Positions 39,840 to 53,534 of a DNA stretch of 64,000 nt are shown here, piece by piece; the stretch's first letter is position 1; each line of letters begins with the position of its first letter. The stretch is from contig NC_135816.1 in NCBI RefSeq assembly GCF_964213995.1, positions 7,750,001 to 7,814,000 of the forward strand, given 5' to 3'. The translations under genes and the position numbers were made by a program. The notes beneath the pieces were generated by a model. That model was not told where the DNA came from and ran no database searches. It worked only from the letters and a program-made list of their open reading frames with translations. Source of the DNA: Mustelus asterias (Eukaryota).

Positions 39840-40597
39840 CAACCTAACTCAAACAATATACCAGATGCGTGTACGCCGAAAACACTGTCTTTCCGTTGGA
39901 ACCGTTGTTGAAGCCAAAAGCGATTAGTTTGATGACTAGAGCTCGGCTGCACTTCTTTTCCAATAGACCGGCATTATAAGCCAATTGATAAAACATAAAC
40001 ACCTTGTCCTTTGCACGCTATACTGCGATTCACATCTAGCTGTCAGGCACAAAACAGCTTAATGTCTTTCAAGCATATCACTATCTTTGTCGAGTCCGGC
40101 TACGTTTTACGCCGATTACTTTACTTGATCCAAGGTGTTGTCTAGCGCAAAGATAGACAACATTCCAACGCTATTTTTGGCCTGTTTGTCTGGGATGAAA
40201 TATTCCAGAAGAAGCTGGTATGGAGTTTCTTCCAACAACTGGACCAATCATGTTCTCAAGGGAGAGGAGCTTATCTTTCGTAACCAACAGGTAGACTCTC
40301 ACATTGAACTGAAATGTTGGAAAATTCCCAACATATATGTCAAATATCCACCGAGAAAAGAGTGAGGCAGCTCACATTCGCACTCTTTTAATGGAATAGC
40401 CAATTGATGTGCAATACGTCAGAGACGTTTCATTGTTTAAACGCCATTCGGTTGCGAAATATCTAGTTCATTAGCGACCGCAACATTCACAAGGAATGAA
40501 TCCAGTCGCGACTTTTCAAGAGTAACCACCACATCCATGAACTAAATAGCAGCAAAGAAGCGGAACCCACATAAGTTATCACTTTAACGTGTTACAT
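39840..40597 (-). pseudogene. 5' half of a degenerate protocadherin variable exon (relic B, EC1-EC3)
   Basis: Minus-strand remnants: PLENMIGPVVGRNS and YQLLLEYFIPDKQ..IFALDNTLDQ (EC2, ~40120-40270); FYQLAYNAGLLEK (~39957-39993); RALVIKLIAFGFNNGSNGK (EC3, ~39890-39945). The start-region homologue catttcctttaaaaagccttccaa at 40595-40618 matches exon 2 catttccagcctaaagcattccaa. Confidence 0.7.
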
Positions 40598-40732
40598 TTC
40601 CTTTAAAAAGCCTTCCAAAAGTTTGACAATGTCGTCATCAGTCAGCTACATTTCCCTCATACTTCGGCTGATACAATAATTTAAATGCGGACTATCATGT
40701 CATCATGAGCTCTGTGCCTCTGATGATGCCAA

Positions 40733-40802
40733 CCTCCCCCCCTCCCCATCCCCTCTCCCGCCCCCCCTGCCCCCGCCTCCCCCTCCCCCCTGCCCCACCC
40801 CC
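40733..40802 (-). repeat. C-rich low-complexity tract (G-quadruplex potential on the minus strand)
   Basis: About ten runs of three or more C separated by 1-4 nt. Confidence 0.8.
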
Positions 40803-41724
40803 GGCTCATGGATTTGAGTGAATAATGTTTCGCACCGTGCTTCATTGTTTTGTGGAGTTGTTCCAGTGACATGATAGGCTATCCTTCATTTTCTACTCAA
40901 CGAGCACATGATTTCAGAATCGTATGAATTTCTGGCGCAGTGATCCACATTTTACGTGACATTGTGAGGTTTCTTGATTAGTCAGCTCCTAATCGTCGGC
41001 TTCCCACATCATATGCCATGGACAATTTCGGTGAAAATTCTTAAGTTTCCAGGGTTCCGAATCGGGTGTGATTCTTATCTTCAGCACTTTTGGAGATCTA
41101 CATTAATTTGTCAGGGCATGGTTTTATCTATCATTATTGCTGCTTCCCTTCGGACACTACTGCCACGATTTGGCGGAAGAAAGGGAGCTAGCGGTAGTGT
41201 TCGTCAGATGCATCTCAGCGCGCAATCCAGTTACACGTCAAGAAGTTTTATTGCGCAATGTCTGCCCATTACAACCTTCAATGTCCCTCAATGTTTGAAT
41301 GCTAAGCCGAATATTTCTACTACTTTCTCTAAATCATTATATTTATACACGGAAATGCCGTACGCAACAACACACAGCTCGCCATTGAATTATGTAATAT
41401 ACCAAGCAGTGCGTGATTGCAAGCTCGTTGCCATGATCTCCATTACATTTCAGCATGCCTTTATTAAAGTAAACTTCCAAATTTAACCAACTGAATTACA
41501 ACTGGCCGGCCTTGTCATCCCTTTTCCTGCTTTGTTGTCTGGTAACCAAAAACATAGGCATATTGTTCTGAGGTTGTCTCTTACCGCATTGCCGTATTCT
41601 TTAAGAAAACTATTTAAGTAAATTATTAGAGAATAGATGGCACAGCGAATTAACCTGTTGTGCTTTAGGATATAGATATAGAGGTTAATGGATTTTCCCT
41701 GTGCCTCAGAGGTTTCCATGGAAT

Positions 41725-42030
41725 TCATAGAATCCCTGCAGTACTGAAGGGGTCCATTCTATCCATCAAGTCCGACACTCAGAAAGAACACTCTCCCTCG
41801 GCCCACCCCCGCCCTATCCCCATAACCTTGCTCATTGATCATCTTTGGATAATTAAAGGGCAAATTAGCATGGCCAATGCACCTTTAGACTGTGGGATGA
41901 AATCGGAGCCCCCGAGGGAAACCCACGCAATCAAGGGGAGAATGTGCAAACCCCACGGAGCCTCCCGAGGTCCGAATCGAACCCAGGTTCCTGGCGCTGT
42001 GAAGCAGCAGTGCTCGCTGCCATGTCGCCC
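41725..42030 (-). mobile_element. HE1-like V-SINE
   Basis: gggaaacccacgc..gggagaatgtgcaaac..cctggcgctgtgaagcagcagtgct; CR1-like tail near 41725-41760. Confidence 0.7.
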
Positions 42031-42049
42031 CATTTTATGTGAATTAAGC

Positions 42050-44400
42050 TCGACTGCCATCCCTTCCATAAACATTCACTCTCGCCACCAACAACACGAA
42101 GGTCCCCTCTAAGCCACTTACCACCCTGACTTGCATATATATCGCCGTTCTTGCGCTGTCGCTAGGTTAAAATCCTGGAACTCCGAACGTAACGGCACGT
42201 TGGGTGTACCAGACCTCATGGTGTACAGTGGTTCAAGAAGGAAGCTCAGCACCACCTTCGAAAGGACATTTAAGAAAGGGCAATGAATGCTCGCCGTGCC
42301 AGCGAAGCCACATTCCTTGAATAAATTACAAATAACATAGTTGTAAATTGGCGCAATTCCACTGCACAGAGCTGCCTCCGTTCTGGTACTTATTTGACGA
42401 CCTTACACCAGAGGGACCAAAGCTACTGTATTAACATTAAATACCACACAGGTACTTTGAATGTGAGGTTGAATTACTTGGGCAAATCTACGCAAACATA
42501 AATTATGAACTTCACTCGGTAGTTAAGCTGTGCTATGTGTGCCCCATGATTGTTTCACAACGGGCATTACTTAAACTGTAAACATTCTCTAAACCGAACA
42601 TCACTATGCTGTCAGAACGAAGATTTAGCGATGAGTTTAAAATAACATAATAGTTCCTTCATTACTTCCACAAGGGAGACGCTCAAACATTTGCAACAAT
42701 CTTCAGGCTAAGGTGCCGAATGTGTGATCCGTCTCCGTCTCCTCATGGGGTCATCAGCATCACAGATGCCTGTGTTTCGTCAGTTCAATTCTCTCCATGT
42801 GATGTTGAGAAATGGCTGAAGTCACTGGAAACTGCAAAGGCTCTGAATTTGGCAATATTCTGGCAATAGTACTGGCGTCCAAAACGTGCTGCACCTCCAG
42901 CCAAGCTGTTCCTAAACAGCTACAATACTGGCATTCAACTAACAATGTGGAACGTTTTCCAGACATGTCTTGTACACAGAAAGGAGGAGAAATCCAACCC
43001 AGCCAATCCCCGCCCCATCAATCCATACGCGATCATCAATAACCTAATGGAAGGGATAATCAACAGCGCTATCAAGTCATATTTCTTGCCAACAACCTGC
43101 TTAACGATTGTTAGTTCCAGTTCCACAAGGGCCACAAAGCTTCTGACCTCATTTTAGCTTTGCTTGAAACATCGACAGAAGCACTGAGTTCCAGAGGTGA
43201 AATGATTTTGACTGCCCTTGACATAGTGGCAGCCTGAAGCAAAGTGTGAGATTCCCAGCTTGGGTCACTGTCTGTGTGGAGTTTGCACATTATCCTCGTG
43301 TCTGCGTGGATTTCCTCCGGGTGCTCTGGTTTCCTCCCACAGTCCAAAGATGTGCGGGTTCGGTTGATTGGCCATGCTAAAAAATAATTGCCCTTCGTGT
43401 CCTGAGATGCGTAGGTTAGAAGGATTCGTGGGTAAATATGTAGGGATATGGGGGTAGGGCCTGGGTGGGATTGTGGTCGGTGCAGACTCGATGGGCCGAA
43501 TGGCCTCTTTCTGTACTGTAGGGTTTCTATGATTTCTATGATTTCATTAAGGAGCCATAGCAAATGAAAACTGTCCATTGTTTTTTGGAGGCCAATTACC
43601 TCAGCATCTGGACATCACTGCAGGAGTTCCTCAGTGTAATGTTCCAGGCCCAACCATCTTCAGATGCTTCATCAATGACATTCATTCCATCATAAGGTCA
43701 GGAGTAGGGATGTTTGCTGATGACTGCACAATGTTCAGCATCATTCGAAACTCCCCAATTTTGAAGTAGTCCATGTCCAAATGCAAGAAGGCCTGTTCAA
43801 TATCTAGACTTGGGTTAACAAGTGGCAAGTAAAACACAAATTCCAGGCAATGTGCATATCCAGGAGAGTGTCAGATCATCACCCCTTGTCATTCATTGGC
43901 ATTACCATCGCTGAATCCCCCACGGTCAACATCCTAGGCGTTGCCATTAACAGGAAACTGATCTGGACTCGCCTTATAAATACTATGGCTACAAGTATAC
44001 GTCAGAGGCTAGTCATCCGGCAGCAAATAACTCACCTCCTGACTTCCCAAAGTCTGTCCACAGTCCACCAGGCACAAGTCAGGAGTGTATTAGAATACTC
44101 CACTCTTGCCTTTATGAATGCAGCTCCAACAACAGTCCAGAAGTTTGACACTATCCAGATCATTGCTGTCTGCTTGATTGAAACCTCACCGCCAACCATT
44201 CATCCCCTCTACCATGGATGCCCAATGGCCGCCGTGTGTACATCTGCAAGATGAATTGAAGGAATCTGCCAACCCGCGTTCAACAAAATCTTTCAACCCA
44301 ACGCCATCACCATCTACTAGGACAAAGATAGCTGGCGCTTGGAAACATCGCCACCTGAACATTCCCTCCAAGTCACTCACCATGGTGACTTGCAAATATA
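42050..44400 (+). mobile_element. L2-clade LINE fragments with nested HE1-like SINE (~43255-43545)
   Basis: ITAGVPQCNVPGPTIFRCFIND..MFADDCTMF (43578..43769), QAQVRSVLEYS (43850..44254), NPANPRPI (42945..43157); L2-type 3' end at 42050-42330. ~42330-42660 is unassigned. Confidence 0.75.
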
Positions 44401-45113
44401 TCAATTTTCAGAAAACGCAGGAAAGCTAAAATATGTTGACACATACTAATGTATAAGGGCAAACAGATTCTTCGAAGGAAAGCAATGTTTAGGCCCAAGA
44501 ACTGTATCTGATAACGATAGTTCTCTTAATATTGGCCACAAACCTTCCTCCCTTGTTTATACCCTCTCTACGGTTGTACGTTAGATAGCAAAATAAATTT
44601 AGAGTGAGACGTTTCACATGGTTATTGGCGGTTTGAGTGATTAGCTTAATTGAGCAGATGCAATTTAATATGGGCAAGTGCTAGGTGATGCATTTTGGAA
44701 GTAAGCTTGATGGACCACTGTGCTTCATTGTTTCAGGTCTTCTTCCCAGCGAGAGTGAAGGAAAGGCAATATAACTCCAGTCTGGATGCCGAAAGACTTG
44801 AAAGTGAAATCCCACATGGTGGTGTTCCCACGTATACACTATCCTTCTACTTCTTTGTGTTTGGAGGATGCTGTGTAAGACGTCTTGGTGAGTTACTCAG
44901 TGCGTCTTGTAGATGGTATGCACTGCTGCCATTGTGCGTCAATGGTGAAGTGAATGCATGTTTGGAGATGGGGTGCTTTGTCCTGGGTCATGTCAAACTT
45001 CCTTATTGTTTTTCAATCTGTACTAATCAAGGGTAGGGAGAGTGTGGCATTATGCTTCTGCCTTGTGCCTTGTAGATTGTGGAAAGCCTTTGGGAAATCA
45101 TGAGATACGCGTT

Positions 45114-46460
45114 ACAAAGAACAAAGAACAAAGAACAATACAGCACAGGAACAGGCCCTTCGGCCCTCCAAGCCCGTGCCGCTCCCTGGCCCAAACTAGC
45201 CCATTCTTTTGTATCCCTCCATTCCCACTCCGTTCATATGGTTATCTAGATAAGTCTTACACGTTCCCAGTGTGTCCGCCTCCACCACCTTGCCTGGCAG
45301 CGCATTCCAGGCCCCCACCACCCTCTGTGTAAAATATGTCCTTCTGATATCTGTGTTAAACCTCCCCCCATTCACCTTGAACCTATGACCCCTCGTGAAC
45401 GTCAACACCGACCTGGGGAAAAGCTTCCCAACGTTCACCCTATCTATGCCTTTCATAATTTTATACACCTCTATTAAGTCTCCCCTCATCCTCCGTCTTT
45501 CCAGGGAGAACAACCCCAGTTTACCAAATCTCTCCTCATAACTAAGCCCCTCCATACCAGGCAACATCCTGGTAAACCTCCTCTGTACTCTCTCCAAAGC
45601 CTCCACGTCTTTCTGGTAGTTTGGCGACCAGAATTGGACGCAGTATTCCAAATGCGGCCGAACCAACGTTCTATACATCTGCAACATCAGACCCCAACTT
45701 TTATACTCTATGCCCCGTCCTATAAAGGCAAGCATGTCATATGCCTTCTTCACCACCTTCTCCACCTGTGACGTCACCTTCAAGGATCTGTGGACTTGCA
45801 CACCCAGGTCCCTCTGCGTATCTACACCCTTTAAGGTTCTGCCATTTATCGTATAGCTCCTCCCTACATTATTTCTACCAAAATGCATCACTTCGCATTC
45901 ATCAGGATTGAACTCCATCTGCTATTTCTTTGCCCAAATTTCCAGCCTATCTATATCCTTCTGTAGCCTCTGACAATGCTCCTCACTATCTGCAAGTCCT
46001 GCCAATTTTGTGTCGTCCGCAAACTTCCTGATCACCCCAGTTACACCTTCTTCCAGATCGTTTATATAAATCACAAACAGCAGAGGTCCCAATACAGAGC
46101 CCTGTGGAACACCACTAGTCACAGGCCTCCAGCCGGAAAAAGACCCTTCCACTACCACCTTCTGTCTTCTGTAACCAAAGCAGTTCTCCACCCATCTAGC
46201 CACCTCCCCCTTTATCCCATGAGATCCAACCTTTTTCACCAGCCTACCATGAGGGACTTTGTCAAACGCTTTACTAAAGTCCATATAGACGACATCCACG
46301 GCCCTTCCCTCGTCAACCATTCTCGTCACTTATTCAAAAAACTCCACCAGGTTAATGAGGTATGACCTCCCTCTCACAAAATCATGCTGACTATCGTTAA
46401 TGAGTTTATTCCTTTCTAAATGCGCATACATCCTATCTCTAAGAATCTTCTCCAACAACT
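45114..46460 (-). mobile_element. Young CR1-like LINE inserted in a minus-strand L2 fragment (~44760-45110, ~46460-46550)
   Basis: ORFs 45196..45918 and 45922..46329 carry full RT motifs; (AAAGAAC)n tail at 45114-45140. Confidence 0.9.
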
Positions 46461-47729
46461 TGTTGCATTCGAGCCCCTAACCTTTTGTAGTAGCCATGGT
46501 ATTTATATGGCCAGTCCAGTTAAACTTTTGATTAATGGTAACCCACAAATGTTCTAAATGATAGCTGTTCGAAATGACAAGAAACGAGGAAATATAGATG
46601 AATAGCTCGATTTTGGTCTGGAAATACAGAAATCATGAAAGGTTTGTGGAGAGTACTAAAATGATTTAAATAATAATGGTGTGTTCTGACTGGAGCTGAT
46701 GTTAATGTTAAACAAGCCAGGTCTCATATCAACATCTGTCTCAGTCGATTGCAATCTGTTTCTTTCGTATTGTCGGACTGAGGAGGGATAGCTACTGAGC
46801 AACGAAAACCCTGTGAACTCCAATGATGACGTTTACACGAACACACTGATGAGGTTTTTCAAAGACAGTTGCGCACAATAAATTGCTTTCCAGGATAAAA
46901 ATTCGCCAGGCCTAAGTTTCAGTTATTTTCTTCAGTTAGCACTTTTTCACAGCCAAAACAGAGGATACATCAATGGGAAGTCCCTCACAATACCTCCCCC
47001 CAGCTAAAAAAAACTGTTCTCATTCGTATTGCCACTTTTAATAGTCGCTTCTCATTGTCTTCACAAATCCCTTTAAACTTAAGCTCCCCACATGTTCTGC
47101 TTTTGATTCTATTTCACATCAATCCAGTTTAAAATGGCTGCTTCTGTTTACTGACTAATCTTCATTAGGATGCAAATGGTCTTTGGCGCTGTCGACGTCC
47201 GTTGAAATGTGATAGCCACACATCAATTTCAACACTTAACTCCAAATTGAAATTTCAAATCTATTCTGTTTACCTGCAAAATTAACCCACCATAAGGCCT
47301 CATTACAAATGCAGAGAGGTAGCACCTGTACTCTTTCGTCCTGAGACTCCATAGAGAATTTGACGTCAAATAACCTCTCCGATGATTAACACACATACAC
47401 AGAATAGATACAGGACCACAGAAATATGAAAATATACATATATCATGTTGGGGGTGTTGGCATTTATCTAAACATGGCTGAAAGACGAAGGGGAGGCAGT
47501 TATGTTTCAGTGGTAGAGAGCCCTCGTTAAACCCAATCTTAAAATTGTGTCAACTGTGAGGCACCGTACCATCTTCAGCTGCTTTATTTTTCACTTTGGC
47601 TCTGCCATAAGGCCAGGGGGTAACACGCTTGCTGATGATGGCACAGAGTTCTGTAGCATTGCCAAATTAGATACTGAGGTAGACCACGTTCGCAGGCAGA
47701 AAGACGTCCTCAGCATTTATAATTGAACT

Positions 47730-48890
47730 GATTGGTGGCAAATAGCAATTTTTCCAAGCAATTGCTCCAGACAATAACTATAATCAGCAACAGATAATCT
47801 AACTATTTGCCCTTGACATTCAACGACATTACCACCGCTGAGCTCACCACCATCAACATCCTGGGGGTTAACATTCACCAGACAGTTAACTGAGCCAGCC
47901 ACATAAATACGCAGTTAAAAAAGCAAATCAAAGGCTCAGAATTCCTTGGAGAATGACTCACCTCATGATTCCCCAAACACCCCACAAGCCTGTCCTGGAC
48001 ACAAGGCAGGAGTGTGGTGCAACGCTTTGCAATTGCCTGGTTGGCTGCAGCTTCATTAACACTCAGCAAGCTCGGCACCATCCAGGTCAAAGCAGCTATG
48101 ATTCTATCCATCAACATATAGATTCCCTCCCACGACAGCGGTGTACAGAAGCAGCAATGTACACCATCTACCAGATGCATTGCAGCCAATCTCCAAATGC
48201 CATTCGACACATGCTTCAAGCAAACGATCACTGTCATCCACAAGTACAAGTGTAGATGGTGTAAACGAACACCAGCAGCTGGAGTCTCATCTCACACTCT
48301 AACAACATTGCGCACGTACCTACAGCACATGGGCTGCCGTATTTCAAGAAAGCAAGTCACCACCAACTTCTCAAGGACAATTAAGGATGGGTAGCAATAT
48401 GTCGCCCTTGCCAGAGACGTTCATATTCGATGAATGAATAAAAGATGCAGCATAGATACATCACAATGAAAATTATTTTAGCTTGTAAGAACAGGTTTTA
48501 TAATCTAGACTTTTATTCAATTGCATGAAGCAAATGAAGGAATGAACTAATTAAAACTTTAAGGATGATTAAGGGATGATCAGCGACAACTATCTCCACG
48601 GGTGAGGAATTCCAGAACAACAGGGCCCAAACTGAGAATTAGAGCTCGATTGTTTTGGAATGATCCCGCTGTTTAAGGGGCATACAGATTTGAACTTCTG
48701 TGTCCGAAGCTGACATTGGCAGCTGGGGCCAATTGAACGTATCACAATAAATTCGAAATACCTATGCTCTGTGAATCTTAAGGAATATGGAACCAAGGCG
48801 AGTGAGATAGAATTAAGATGTAGACCCGCCATGATCTAGTTGAAAGGCGGTATGCGTTTGAGGTGCTGAATGGCCACCTCTTGTTAATAT
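47730..48890 (+). mobile_element. L2 3' fragment (~47730-48440) followed by a degenerate CR1 3' end
   Basis: caccatcaacatcctggggg..tgactcacctc..acaaggcaggagtgtg..caattaaggatgggtagcaata L2 signature; ctgaatggcc CR1 tail near 48870. Confidence 0.65.
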
Positions 48891-49393
48891 GCTCATCGTA
48901 ACGTTTCTGTCAACGTTCTCCATAGTACTGGAACACAATATTCATCTACTTCCCTGCTTCTTCTCAAGTTCAGGTATAAAACTGCGACACGTTCTTCTTT
49001 CTGAATTCAGACCAATTGCTTCATTTTGGTCATGCAGAACCTCAAAGAGTGAAACATTCTTTCAGCCCCTTTGCTGCTGAAATCTGCGATAACCCAATTG
49101 TGGTGCCCTTTACGCCAATTTTTGACTTCTCTCAACTTCATGATTTCCACTTTGCTGCTAAATTACATCATGACCCTTGACACTTCTGCTAGACTTCTCA
49201 ATTGAAATAGTGCCTTGACGAGACATAATTATTAAAGGTAGAAATAGCAAAATAGGTTCAGATGCATGATAATTGATACATCTACCATTTCTCTGCAGCA
49301 TCTGCTTAAAGTCGGGCGATTGGTTTTCCAGTATTTCAACGGGTGCCTGAAAAAAAGAAATTCAAAATATTTTTGTTATCAGAAGTGCCTCAC

Positions 49394-51838
49394 CTCATTA
49401 TTTCTGGAGTTCCGGATGTTTACATTCCGGAAAGGTTCGTCATTCCCATTCGGTACGTTTGTTTTGCATACAGATGACCCGTACATGTCAAGGAACTTTG
49501 TATCCTTCTTAACTGTACCTGAGGTCGAACAAGTGTCATAGCGGAAGCTTTGAGAAAGTGGATCGCCCCCAAAAACTTCGACGTAGTTCGGACCAAGTTC
49601 AAGATTTCTGCTGGCTTTTTGAATTCCATTCAGGTCTTCGAAACAGCAACACGTGTCCAGGTAACCGATATGGACTCCAAAACGATTCCTGTTTTTATGA
49701 ACCTTAATGGCGAGGATAATTAAAATGATGAGGAAAACAGATGATGTTATCCCTAAAGATATAACCAAGTAAAGGCTGACATGATTAAAGGAACCTGGAT
49801 CTTCAAACAAACTGGTCACATCAGAAAGCATTTCCGTATCACCCTCTGTCAGTGATAAGATGATTGTCATTGTGGCTGAAAGCGGAGGTGAACCGTTGTC
49901 TTTTGCAGCAATAACCAACCTTTGCCTCGTGGCATCTTTGCTCATAATGCCTCGGATGGTCCAGATTTCACCTGTATCTGGTGAAATGGTAAAAAGTCCC
50001 TGGTCAGTAGCCTGACGAATCTCGTAAGTGAGGCGTGCGTTCTGACCAGAGTCGGCATCTGTGGCCGACACCTTGGCAACTAGATAGCCTGGTTCTGCAA
50101 AACGAGATACAATCTCTGTTACTGTAGATCCATATTCTGGCAATGGATGTACGATGACAGGAGCATTATCATTCTGATCAAGGATTACCAACTCTACTGT
50201 GACGGTGCTGGATAGTGACGGGACTCCAGAGTCCGTAACCTGAACTTCAAACTGAAAACTTTTGATTCTTTCGTAGTCAAAAGACCTTTGAGAAATTATA
50301 GTTCCCTTTTCTGATTGGATGTGGACGTAACTAAATACTGACTCGTCCTGTACCTGTGTTGATTGAATGGAATAGTTTAGTCGAGAGTTCTGTTTTAAAT
50401 CTGGATCAAAAGCTGTCACTGAAAATATAGACGTTCCAATAACGTTGTTCTCCATCACATAAGCTGTATATAAAGGTCGCGAAAAGCGTGGCGCATTGTC
50501 ATTTACATCCGAAACCTCCACCAGGATGACTTTCTGTGAGGTGAGAGGTGGGGATCCTGAATCACTGCACATAACTGTGACTTCATACCTGGAGACATTT
50601 TCACGATCAAGTCCCTGTTTTGTACGCAATGTTAAGTATTTCTTAGATGATGAATCCAGTTGAAAGGGAACGTTTTCTGCGACTTTACATTCCACCTGCC
50701 CATTTTCTCCTGAATCTTTGTCTGTTGCACTGATTAGAGCCACAACTGTCCCGGACACTGAGTCTTCGTTAACTGGACTGAACAACGTAGAAACAGTCAC
50801 CTCTGGGACGTTATCATTGATATCCACAACATGAACCAGCACAAGGCAATAAGCAGGGACTGCATAAGGTCCCTTGTCCGTTGCTTGCACATTAATCTCA
50901 AAAAGCTTGTTCTCCTCATAGTTTAAATTGCCCCTGATTCTGATTTCTCCAGTTTTAGAATCCAGACTGAACAACTCCCGCACTCTAACCGCTGTGTGAC
51001 TCGTGAAAGAATAAATAATCTCACCGTTCAAACCATCGTCCAAGTCAGTGGCATTTAGTTTGATCACCAATGTCCCTCTGGTTATATTTTCGGAAAGGCT
51101 GACGTTGCAAACTGGTTTGGCGAACACCGGCGTGTTGTCGTTCGCATCTTGTACACTGATTATTATCTCAGCCGTTCCTGACCGCGGAGGGATTCCTGCG
51201 TCTTTGGCAATCAAGCGTAACCTGTGATGTGCTACTTTTTCTCTATCCAGTGACCTTTTCAAAACTAATACTGGCATATCTTCATTCGCATTTCGACTCT
51301 CAACATTCAAGACAAAATTCTCGTCTGTTAGTAGCCGGTATGACTGCAGGGAGTTGGTTCCTACGTCTGGATCGTGCGCAGAATCAAGTGGATACCGGGT
51401 TCCTGGTGCGGCCGCCTCGGAGATTTCAAGGCGGAATTGATTTTTAGGAAATGTCGGAGCATTGTCGTTTACATCCAGAATCTCCACTTCAACATCGTGC
51501 AGAGTGAAAGGGTTTTCTATCACTGTTTGTAAAGATAACAGGCACGCCGCAGTCGGTCCGCAGAGATTTTCTCTGTCAATCTTTTCCTTCACAAATAAAT
51601 TACCATTGTTCATATTTACTTCGAAATATTGTTTTTTGTGACCAGGCACAATCCGAAAGCTGCGAGCTTTGAGCTCCTTCAGGTCTAAACCCAAATCCTC
51701 TGCGATATTCCCAACAAAGGCCCCCAGTTGTAGCTCTTCAAGTATTGAATAGCGAACCTCCCCAGATATTTGATCGAAAACCCACATACAGTATAACAGC
51801 GACCATCTGAATTGCCAAAATCGTTTATAATATATCAT
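49394..51838 (-). CDS. Clustered protocadherin variable exon 5
   Basis: ORF 49379..51847. ATG (MIYY) at 51838; donor GAG|GTGAGG at 49394/49393. Confidence 0.95.
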
Positions 51839-52083
51839 TTCCAGCACAAATCATCCCAGTTGCCTCAGCCCGAATGCTTGGTCACGCCGAAATATTTTTA
51901 AAGTCTATTTTCCAGTGAAGGATTATATCAAAATATCAGCAGATTTAAAATTATGGGTATTACCGCTCACGGACCATCTTATTTCTGTGAAAAATCGCCC
52001 CTTGTTTGTGTTCCAGCCGCTAACCAAGCTGCCGGGTCCGCTGTTCATCTGTGCCTGGACGAGCGCAGTGGTGAATGGGATGG

Positions 52084-52241
52084 GAAGGGGGCCAGCCAGG
52101 ATCTCCAGACACATTGCAACATCTGATTGGCGGATGTGACAGAATCACATCCAACCAATAAGGCTCGCGAGCAGTTCTTAAAGCTGGAATGACGAGAGAA
52201 CTGATTATGCCGATTTCGCATTTATGGTTGTTCAATCAAAA
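52084..52241 (-). promoter_or_regulatory. Conserved variable-exon promoter cassette (exon 5)
   Basis: GAAGGGGGCCAGCCAGGATC 52084, ATTGG 52126, CCAAT 52155, CTTAAAGC 52177, ATTTATGGTTGTTCAATCAAAA 52220. Confidence 0.75.
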
Positions 52242-52589
52242 TTGCAACGAGGCACTCTTTTTTCTCAAATGCCAGAATGGCATTTGTCAACTAATAAATC
52301 ATTTCATATCAGCTCACAGTTTTACATAATTGCGTTGAGATGAGCAGAAACCCGTTAATTACGAAACTTTGGAGGTGCTGTTGAAATCTAAATTATAATT
52401 CATCAAATCCTATTAAATTTCGTTATTGGCAACTCTACTCCAATTTGTAGTAAACGCAATTTTAATGCCGACATGTTGGAACTGACATCAGTATTTTACA
52501 CGCCCGATTTGAGATAATGACTTCCTTTTACCACTGAGCAATAATGCAGCGAGGACGGACTAGTCAGCAATGATGTTTATGAAGAAGGA

Positions 52590-53040
52590 ACAAAGAACAA
52601 AGAACAAAGAACAGTACAACACAGGAAAAGGCCCTTCGGCCCACCAAGTGTGTGCCGACACAAATGCCTCTACAGTCGGAAATTTTCTTGCCTCTACGTG
52701 GTCCATATCCCTCTGTTCCCTGCCTATTCATGTATCTATCCAGATGCCACTTAAACGTCGTTTTAGAATCTGCTTCCACCGCCTCCTCCGGCTGCGCGTT
52801 CCAGGCATTCACCAGCTTCTGTGTGAAAAAGTTGCCCCTTTCATCTCTTTTAAACTTTCCCGCGCTCGCTTTCAACCTAAGTCCCCGAGTAGTTGACTTT
52901 TCGACCCTGGGAAAAAGACTCTGACTATCCACTCTATCCAAGCCTGTCATAATCTTGTAAACCTCTATCAGGCCAAGTACAACCACCCCACCCCCTTATC
53001 CTCCAAGGCTCCAAAAAAAAACAATCCATATTTGATCAAC
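52590..53040 (-). mobile_element. CR1-like LINE 3' end
   Basis: ORF 52564..52986 (LIEVYKIMTGLDRVD..NFFTQKLVNAWN); (AAAGAAC)n tail. Confidence 0.85.
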
Positions 53041-53534
53041 CTCCAAGGCAGGCAATACTCTAGGAGGTGATGGCTTATTGGTATTATCGCTAGACCATTA
53101 ATTCAGAAAGTCAGCTAATGTTCTGGGAACCCGGGTTCGAGTCCCACCACAGCAGATGCGGTATTACAACGACAGAGCATGCTTTACTTCTTCGAATGAA
53201 AGACAGCAGTTTGACCGTGCGTATGAAATACTCATACAATGCGGAGTTAAACGATGTTTTCACGCAGCATTTGAAGACAATCTGATCACGATAATTTCCT
53301 GATGCCCCTTGACGCCACATCATTCCCCACTTATATTCAGGTGTGAGTTCTGATGTTTGGACAATTTCATCACCAATAGAATCTTTGGCCTCGATTTGAG
53401 GTGTCGAAATCTTACTGAGTGGAAGGATCTGGTTTTTGTACTGTTTGCTCAGAGTCGCTGATTCATGCTGCGATGTGCCAGTAATATAGGGATGGGAGCC
53501 AGACAGATAGTGTTGGTTTGGCAAGTCGCAAAGC

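Noticed and set aside
40974-41486. 170-aa + strand ORF
   Set aside because: TTG start, no recognisable domain or splice context.
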